This document shows positions 12,800-19,738 of a stretch of 64,000 nucleotides of DNA, one piece after another (position 1 is the first letter of the stretch; the number at the start of each line of letters is the position of its first letter). Source of the stretch: Pavona decussata (taxonomy: Eukaryota); contig CDRNST010000013.1 of the NCBI GenBank assembly GCA_977016875.1, positions 682,001 through 746,000 of the forward strand, given 5' to 3'. The translations under genes were made by a program, and so were the position numbers. The notes under the pieces are model-generated. The model saw nothing but the letters and a program-made list of their open reading frames with translations. It searched no databases and was not told the DNA's origin.

Positions 12800-12813
12800 C
12801 TTTATTCTCAACG
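12786..12813. other. Putative YR recombination site at the B1/A2 junction (11-6-11)
   Basis: CGCTGAGAATA-GTACTT-TATTCTCAACG; arms are inverted at 10/11. Confidence 0.7.
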
Positions 12814-12856
12814 TTCTCTCTCTCACGCTATGTTGAGATTGGGCACCGACAGTCTC
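12796..12856 (-). repeat. Split direct repeat B1 (61 bp)
   Basis: Identical to 12519-12579; overlaps A2 by AGTA. Confidence 0.95.
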
Positions 12857-12988
12857 TATGTTACAGAGTGTCCTAAAGTCCCAAACCACTGGACCATAAG
12901 GAAATCCCGTTCTCAGAATCCCAAACTCAAGGTGCCCCATCCTAAAAATTCGTAAAGTGTTTTAAACGAGATGTAACAAGGTTAAGAA

Positions 12989-14323
12989 TTAAACGTGCGG
13001 AAAAGCGGATATAAAGTTTTTTAGACGGTTAAGCTCCATGTAGTTCTCTGTTAGGGCGGCTGTCGCGGAAGAGTCCGCGGATAGCAAATGAGAGGGACTA
13101 TCCAAACGAAGCACCTCCGCTAGTTTCATGTAGTAGAGAGCAGTTTCTTTGTTATTCCATCCTACATGAGACATTATGTCCGCCAACTGGGAGCCAGATA
13201 ACGCTAACGTTATGGCTGTGCCCGAACGGAAGCTGTGCAGCGTATCTCCCTCATCGATCTTAGCTTCTTTCACATACAGCTTTAAACGAGCTTCTGCTGA
13301 AGAACTTGAAAATGGTTTGTTCACAATATGACCTTGGGGATTAGTTGGTCGAAACAAGTAACCATTTGTCACAGAAACGCGTAACTCGGAAGCCACGGCT
13401 ACATATGTCTCAATAGCTTTAACTGGACACAACTCAGGGTTAGGGTGTCTCCGAATCCCGAAGACGTTAGAGACGCCATCCCTCAGGGTTTTTCCCCATA
13501 CGTGGTTGAACAACAGCCCATTGTCCTGGGGGAAACAAAGGATCTCTTCTGTTTTCACCATGCCAAGATCTGAACCACGATCACCGCTAAAGAATAACGT
13601 TTTGAAAAACGCTTGGTCCCGCGTCAATACAAACAGACCAGAAGGACTAACCGAGCGCTCCGCAATTTTCCGATTTAAAAAACGAGCCAGAAGCAACAAT
13701 TTGGACAAAAATAGGAGAACTGCTTGCTTTGGCGTGATGCGGGCTCGTAATTGTTCCTCAGTTGACGCCTTAAGATATTTTTGCACTTCGAGTGAAGCGG
13801 CGAGGTTACCCAGACCTAGCAGGGAGTTCCACTCTCCACAGCGCCCGGTTTCCTTAAAAATGGCTCGCAGTTTTCCAATGTAGGAGTCGATTGTCTTGAA
13901 TGCCAGGCGTTTAGGACATTTACACTTAGCTGCGTTTTGAAGGTGGGAATCGGGACACCCATTACTATGTACTATGGTTTTGCCATGTCGGTCTTTCCAG
14001 ACCAAGAACCGAGAGATGTCAGTGGGGCTTGCCGAAAGGATGGTTTTACTATTCGGAAGGGACGCCAAGAAAGTTTCAAACTCCGTACGAAGTGAGCACT
14101 TCTGTTTTGAGTATGACGATTGAAGGGAGGCATTATTTAGGAGTTCCAAACGGTTATCTATCGCTTGAAGGTCGACTGAGAGTTTAGGGCTCAGGACACT
14201 TGGGGAGACTGTTTTCCTCCTGTAGCCGCACATTTGGCAGAAAAAGAACAGCTTGTCGTTGGGGTGGCTGCACGAAGGACATGACACGGCTGGTACAAAC
14301 GCTCGAACGGCTGGAGGTAAGTC
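12989..14323 (-). CDS. Tyrosine recombinase (lambda-integrase family) with N-terminal CxxC..CxxC motif; probably a spliced 3-prime exon
   Basis: Catalytic set R (SGDRGSDL), K (GKT), HSFR, HVGW, Y (ALYY). The track start is GTG; the frame is open back to acceptor TCCTTTAG|GAC at 14323. Confidence 0.92.
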   Translation of the reverse strand, partial: DLPPAVRAFVPAVSCPSCSHPNDKLFFFCQMCGYRRKTVSPSVLSPKLSVDLQAIDNRLELLNNASLQSSYSKQKCSLRTEFETFLASLPNSKTILSASPTDISRFLVWKDRHGKTIVHSNGCPDSHLQNAAKCKCPKRLAFKTIDSYIGKLRAIFKETGRCGEWNSLLGLGNLAASLEVQKYLKASTEEQLRARITPKQAVLLFLSKLLLLARFLNRKIAERSVSPSGLFVLTRDQAFFKTLFFSGDRGSDLGMVKTEEILCFPQDNGLLFNHVWGKTLRDGVSNVFGIRRHPNPELCPVKAIETYVAVASELRVSVTNGYLFRPTNPQGHIVNKPFSSSSAEARLKLYVKEAKIDEGDTLHSFRSGTAITLALSGSQLADIMSHVGWNNKETALYYMKLAEVLRLDSPSHLLSADSSATAALTENYMELNRLKNFISAFPHV

Positions 14324-14567
14324 CTAAAGGATATGAAAGTAAAACAAACAGTTCCTTCTTTATCCTTTAGATTTGTTTTGACATAAATGTATAAATGAAG
14401 CTATAAAACAACTGTCAACAGATGTATACTGGAAAACGATGATTTATTGACAATATTGATTTCACTGAAGTAATGGATGGAGCTAAATTAATGGGAGAAT
14501 TGGCAAATTTAAAGATAGCTAAGTGTTCTTTGTTTGGCTCGTGCGCTAACCAAGAGCTACTACTTGC

Positions 14568-16763
14568 TTATCCGATGCGGAACACCCAGAGATCCCATGG
14601 GATAGGCCAATTGTTTGAAAACCCATGTTTAGAGGGAGTGAGGAGCGCTCCAACGGTTCCGGCAACGGCCAGCAGGTATCGGGAAGAACATGTAGACGTT
14701 AACAAGGGCCACCAAAAATGCCTTGGGCACACGTCTGGTACTACGATAGTGTAGGATAATTGCAGGCTTCTCATATACTTGAAAACATGAGGTATTAGGC
14801 AGATCGGGGGAAAGGCGTATGGGTTCTTGAATACAAACGGATCGTACAGATCGGGCGATTGCGCGAACACGTTCACTCCCAGGGATCCCGGCAGAGGGTT
14901 TTCAGAGAAGAAAGGTAACTTGGCACCTGACAAGTCGGATTGGGCGTTTGAAGGGCGTGCCATTAGATCGACAGAGTGCCCATTTTCGCCGCCATACCAC
15001 TCTTGTACTACTATCCATAGGGATGGGCACAATTTGGCATCCTGTAGGCTAAGGCGTCGCGAGGGGAAGTCGGCTTGGTTCTGAGAACTAGGCACAAAAG
15101 TAAGGTGCAAATCGATGTTGAGTTTCGTCATTGTGTTGAATAATTTCTTCAAGGCGCTAGAAAGCGATTGAGAACGAGAGCCCTGTCGATTCCATGAACG
15201 GACTAGAGCCGTGCTGTCGACGAAGGCGTCGACCCACGAGTTTTTGATGGTATCAGCGAATGATTCAAGGACATTATTGAGCGCTAAGGTCTCCTTAGTG
15301 GCGATATCGGCTTGTATTGTTGAGGCGTCCCAGTAATCATAAACGTTCGCCTCAATGGCACCCGGACTCAGTGCACCTCCCCAAGCGAAGCGAGATGAGT
15401 CGGAGAACAGCCTGACGTGTGTGTGTTTCTCAGACCGCCAGGGAAGAAAACCGTCCCAGGTCTCAAGGAATAGCCAGTGCTCAATTTCATTCTTTAGAGC
15501 GGCAGACATCTTTACAGGTCGAGCAGAACGCGTGGCGCGAGACACAGCTAGGTTTATTTCATTAACATAAAGCCTTGCGCCCGGAACTGCCAAGCTCATG
15601 GACACGCATTTACCGCTGAGCCTTTGCAAGGTTAGTAGGTCCAGGTTATCGCGAGGCAACGTTTCTTTGATGAGACGAAGAAGCTTTTCTTTTTTATGGG
15701 GTAACAAGGTAAACGCCTGTAGTTCAGAATCGATACCGAAACCAAGGTATGGCACCTGTTTTTTCGGGGTAAGGTGAGACTTCGCCAGACCGATAAAGTA
15801 GCCGAGGGAAATTAAGATGTAGCACGTGAGAAAAATACCCGCGACGGCCAGAGCAAAATTCACTTCATCCCTTGAGGCGAGGGCTTGATAGGCGGCTGGT
15901 AAAATGCCACCTGGAAATGACAGTTGGCCATTATGGCGGTCGTCAATGTACAACGAAGAGGGAATGTACCATGAACGAAGTCTGTGTGACGCAACTAGAC
16001 CAGTCGTATGATATATATAGGCCGAGGATTTCCAGCCAAAAGGAATACATTCACTCACAAAATACCAACCTCCCCACTGGAAGCCAAAGTAAGTTCGACT
16101 GCTGGGGTGAAGTTTGATGTGGTCATATCCTGACTTGTCGTCGCACACTGTTTGGTAAAATCCTTTATTGACATACTTAGGCAAGTGTTGGACGCTATCC
16201 AAGGCAAACGGACGGTCTTCGATCCACAGATTAAGAAATCTATCGTCGTTGCAGAGACGCGGCTTGCTAGGCTCGACAGTGAGGGGCATAACAAGGTGGG
16301 GTGGGGTGCATTCTCCGACTTTGCCCCACAAAGAAATAGCACCGGAACGCAAACGGTCCAGGAGCGTATCAGAAATAAACGAGGCAAAAGGTTTGCACGA
16401 CAGGTGGTTGGGGAAAACGCAAGGTGGTGGACTACCACACTCGTAATTCCTTCCCTTGTAACTACCCTTAAACGGTCTAAAGAACTTCGTTACGTCTACA
16501 CCGTTAGTAATCCAATCACGGACTTCAGAGAAGCGCTCATCGTTCATATCATTTAATAAAGCATTCCATTGTGGTGCATGGCGATGGAGTTCCCCTGCTA
16601 GGAAGTGATCTGGATCGCGGAAAACAAGGCGAGACATATCCGCTAATGAATTTCCCTGTAACACGAGGGCGATATTGTCATCAGAGATGTGGGAATTGTT
16701 TGCCATCCCTTGGGCCTCATCAACAACAGAACCATCGATGCTTATCCACTGTAACTTATTCAT
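14568..16763 (-). CDS. pol: Pol: reverse transcriptase + RNase H + Dam-like methyltransferase domain, 731 aa
   Basis: RT motifs DDKSGYDHI, IPFGW, YIDD, YLGF; RNase H LFSDSS, KETLA, FVDS, NQADFPSR; C-terminal VDLMA..N..F...NVFA...YAFPP..LI....VVP...WWPLL. Confidence 0.95.
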   Translation of the reverse strand: MNKLQWISIDGSVVDEAQGMANNSHISDDNIALVLQGNSLADMSRLVFRDPDHFLAGELHRHAPQWNALLNDMNDERFSEVRDWITNGVDVTKFFRPFKGSYKGRNYECGSPPPCVFPNHLSCKPFASFISDTLLDRLRSGAISLWGKVGECTPPHLVMPLTVEPSKPRLCNDDRFLNLWIEDRPFALDSVQHLPKYVNKGFYQTVCDDKSGYDHIKLHPSSRTYFGFQWGGWYFVSECIPFGWKSSAYIYHTTGLVASHRLRSWYIPSSLYIDDRHNGQLSFPGGILPAAYQALASRDEVNFALAVAGIFLTCYILISLGYFIGLAKSHLTPKKQVPYLGFGIDSELQAFTLLPHKKEKLLRLIKETLPRDNLDLLTLQRLSGKCVSMSLAVPGARLYVNEINLAVSRATRSARPVKMSAALKNEIEHWLFLETWDGFLPWRSEKHTHVRLFSDSSRFAWGGALSPGAIEANVYDYWDASTIQADIATKETLALNNVLESFADTIKNSWVDAFVDSTALVRSWNRQGSRSQSLSSALKKLFNTMTKLNIDLHLTFVPSSQNQADFPSRRLSLQDAKLCPSLWIVVQEWYGGENGHSVDLMARPSNAQSDLSGAKLPFFSENPLPGSLGVNVFAQSPDLYDPFVFKNPYAFPPICLIPHVFKYMRSLQLSYTIVVPDVCPRHFWWPLLTSTCSSRYLLAVAGTVGALLTPSKHGFSNNWPIPWDLWVFRIG

Positions 16764-17148
16764 ACCAACTGTGTTAGGCTTGAAACCGGGATGCTTTTCC
16801 CAATCGTGAAAGCAAGGGTCTGACAGCTAAAAGGAAAATAAAAAAGAACTTGGAAATAAATTAGGGCCCAAGGAATGGCAAACTCAGCCCCGGTAATCCG
16901 AGAGGGAAAGTGAGCTTCCCTTTGAGAATGCCACCCGAGGGGGGAAGGGTGCGATCGAAAAGAGATAATTGGTTCCCACATCTATGAACAGCGTAGCGAG
17001 TCGTAAAATATGTAAGTAATAATATGTTAATAAAACCCTGGGGGGGTGGGTATAATGTATATGAATAAACAAACATTGTGATGCAATAGTGTTCATTTGA
17101 CTTTAATAGTACTAAAACACATACAAAATGAGGATCGGGCAGATTCTG

Positions 17149-17661
17149 CTACTGAGATGTCGGTCGAGGCTGGTTGTGACCTGGACCGCCTGAAGAAAAA
17201 TAGCGGGTCGTCGGAGACCGCTTAAAACATTGCGTAGACTTGTGTCCGGGCGTACCACATCTGTAGCAGGTCACTCGAGGGTGTGACGAGAACCTCTGAC
17301 TGCCTCTGGCCTGAGGACGCGAGTAAGGCGAGGGACGTCTAAACGACTTGTCGACCTTGGAGATTGTGTCAAAGATTCTTGTAAATTCCTTGTCCGCGAG
17401 AAGAGCCAAAAAGTAAGCTTTAAACTGCTCTTTCGGCACGTGTATTTTCTCTCTTAGGGTGGCTGCTATGATGTCAAAGCTGGCGGCCTTATCATCACCA
17501 GTTGTCTTCGCTACGGAGACGAGCTCCTCCGCGAGGCGCAAGGCCTCGTATTTGTCGAAGTCCTCCAGGCGGCGACTACCATAATGGGTAATGCGATTCT
17601 TTAAAGCCTGAATGGAGGTCCCTTGGGCATTTTCCAAAAATTTAATTCTTTCTTGCAAAGC
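17149..17661 (-). CDS. gag: Gag exon 2 with CCHC zinc knuckle
   Basis: CYRCGTPGHKSTQC. No Met in the ORF; preceded by the acceptor TTTTCTCATTCAG. Confidence 0.88.
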   Translation of the reverse strand, partial: ALQERIKFLENAQGTSIQALKNRITHYGSRRLEDFDKYEALRLAEELVSVAKTTGDDKAASFDIIAATLREKIHVPKEQFKAYFLALLADKEFTRIFDTISKVDKSFRRPSPYSRPQARGSQRFSSHPRVTCYRCGTPGHKSTQCFKRSPTTRYFSSGGPGHNQPRPTSQ

Positions 17662-18079
17662 CTGAATGAGAAAATGAAATAGACAGATGTATTGCGAAGT
17701 GTAATTTCATACCGCTTAGCGGCGATACAAAAACATTCGTAAATGAGTACAAGCATTGTAATAAGACCCGGTAAAGCGGCAGGGAATATTATGTTCCGAC
17801 AAAGTCGGAGTGCAAATATAACAATTAACAAAACAATACGAAAATAAACAATTCAAGTAGAACAATGTGGCAAACAAGCACTCAGAAATGGCAAATTAAG
17901 ACAATTAAAAAATGAAGAGTGAGAATAATCGACAAAGATCGCACAAAGATAATAACTAGTTCTCTGCTGAAGTATGTTTTGAGGTCAACAAAATTGAAAA
18001 GCTTTTGAAGCTAACCGAGAATTAGAATGTACACATAATCGGCAAAAATAGCGCATATAAATAAAATTCAGAAAGTGGT

Positions 18080-18926
18080 AAGTCGACTTCAAGTAGCCCG
18101 CAAAACTACAAAACTATACGTGTTGAAGCAGGGCAAAAAATTAATTAGAAAGTCAATCTAAAGCTGCCCGCAAAGCTAAAAGCTACTCGTTTTGAAGCAG
18201 GGCGCAACATGAATTGTAAACACATTATCAGCAGGGCGTAACAATAATTACGAAGTCAATTTCAAATTGCCCGCAAAGCTAAAAGCTACATGTTATCAGC
18301 AGGGCGTAACAATAATTACGAAGTCGATTTCAAACTGCCCGCAAAGCTAAAAAACTACACGTTTGAAGCAGGGCGTAACAATAATTACGAAGTCAATTTC
18401 AAATTGCCCGCAAAGCTAAAAAGCTACACGTTTGAAGCAGGGCGTAACAATAATTACGAAGTCAATTTCAAATTGCCCGCAAAGCTAAAAAGCTACACGT
18501 TTGAAGCAAGGCGTAACAATAATTACGAAGTCAATTTAAAAATTGCCCGCAAAGCTAAAAAGCTACACGTTTGAAGCAGGGCGCAACAATAATTACGAAG
18601 TCAGTTTCAAACGGCCCGCAAAGCTAAAAAGTTACACGTTTGAAGCAGGGCGGAACATGAATTGTAAACAGAGTTAAAACTGCCCGCAAAGCAACCAAGT
18701 ACACGTTATCAGCAGGGCACAACATAAATGCGAAGTGAACTTTAAATTGCCCGCCAAGCCAGGGCGCAACATGAATTGTAAACATGCCCGCAAAGCAACG
18801 AAGGTCGCACGTTCAGAAGCAGGGCGTAAAATAAACTGGGGGGTAAAGAGAAAATTGCCCGCAGAGCTACAAAGCTACACGTTAAAAGCAGGGCATGACT
18901 TGAGCTGAAAACAGACTTAAAGCTGC
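18080..18926. repeat. Tandem array of about 12 units of ~69 bp inside the predicted gag intron
   Basis: Unit GCCCGCAAAGCTAAAAAGCTACACGTTTGAAGCAGGGC plus a ~31-bp linker; central units nearly identical, outer units diverged or partly deleted. Confidence 0.95.
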
Positions 18927-18989
18927 CACGGGAATACGAAGTGCAAGAACACGTGTACGATACTGGAGTAAAACAAAAATTGAACAAAC

Positions 18990-19139
18990 CTCCAAAGTGA
19001 CTTGTTCTCCAGCGGCGTTTTGAGGAGGTTCTTCTGCATTTGGTGGAGGTGGAGGCGGTGGTGGTGGTTGAACAACCGCGGCCGCTTGAGCTGCTGGAAG
19101 GTTTTCCTGTGCCGGGACTTGTACAGCAGGGTCCGCCAT
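18990..19139 (-). CDS. gag: Pro/Ala/Gln-rich first coding exon (50 codons) of the YR retrotransposon
   Basis: CAAAATGGCG start just inside repeat A1; MADPAVQ...PPPPPPPPP...EQVTLE ends at donor GAG|GTTTGT; phase-0 join to 17661 gives TLE|ALQERIKFLE. Confidence 0.8.
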
Positions 19140-19154
19140 TTTGAACTATGCTCT

Positions 19155-19235
19155 TTCGCTTGATCGACAGAATGGCATTGTTCACTTTGTCTCATCTCCT
19201 TTTATACGTGAGAGGAGAGACCGCTGAGAATAGTA
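19155..19235 (-). repeat. Split direct repeat A1 (81 bp, 5-prime terminus)
   Basis: Identical to 12719-12799. Confidence 0.95.
19169..19206 (-). promoter_or_regulatory. Putative Pol II core promoter in repeat A1
   Basis: TATAAAAG at 19206-19199, Inr-like CCATTCT about 33 bp downstream, ATG at 19139. Confidence 0.55.
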
Positions 19236-19738
19236 TTAAAAGGAAGTTCAAGTTTAGCGATCATATGGGCAATGCCAAATAGCTTTTCAACTTTTAGTCT
19301 CACCTCTTCTGACACGAGAAGAAGAGCTCTTGGTAGAGGTGCATTTCTAGGGTTTTCTTTGACACGAATAGCCTCTTCTGCCCGAATGTGCCCTGTTGAC
19401 TTCGCATGACTTCTCAGAGATTCCATTCTGAAATTACTTCAGCCGCTCACAAAACTGGATGCATCACTTGATTTCTCTGGAAAATCAAGGCAGGTTGAAC
19501 AAAACATTTTGCCATCATTGTAAATAACCCAAGGAAAAGTGTTTCTCCATTCAGGGTGGAAATGCCTGACTTTAATGGTTCGATCCTCTTGGTCATATGA
19601 AGATTTCTTGGTCGTTTTATTGCTCTTGCTCTCTTTTGTCTCCATTGTCTTTTCTGTGTCACCACTACCTTCTTTCTGGCGTTTGTTTGGATAATCGCTG
19701 CTGTTAGAACTAGAAAAATAGGCCTCTAATCTCTTCAT
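19232..19738 (-). pseudogene. hAT transposase N-terminus (TTF-type zinc finger)
   Basis: RHFHPEWRNTFPWV....KMFCSTC...FVSG*SNFRMESLRSHAKSTGH; joins in frame to 12518 after removal of the insertion. Confidence 0.85.

Larger units (their letters stand above)
12519..19235 (-). mobile_element. Apparently intact tyrosine-recombinase retrotransposon (DIRS order, PAT-like split direct repeats)
   Basis: Order on minus strand A1-gag-RT/RH/MT-YR-B1-A2-spacer-B2. Repeat copies are identical and ORFs are uninterrupted. Removing the element restores the hAT frame KLELPFNTFPTLCALEKKHGV. Confidence 0.95.

Noticed and set aside
16760-17096. Extra mini-exon linking gag or exon 1 to pol
   Set aside because: Acceptor-like AGs exist (near 16981 and 16769), but I found no convincing donor and phase combination, and pol has its own ATG at 16763. 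Unresolved without RNA data.
18290-18574. 94-aa repeat protein (AGRNNNYEV...) on the plus strand
   Set aside because: A by-product of the 69-bp (3n) period; antisense to the element, and the frame breaks in neighbouring units.
18080-18926. CRISPR array (hairpin repeat with ~31-bp spacers)
   Set aside because: The linkers are homologous to each other and the central ones nearly identical, no cas genes are present, and the context is eukaryotic. It is a tandem repeat.
12519-19235. Ngaro element, LTR retrotransposon or prophage integrase
   Set aside because: The MT-like domain argues against Ngaro; there is no DDE integrase or LTR pair; no phage genes are present.
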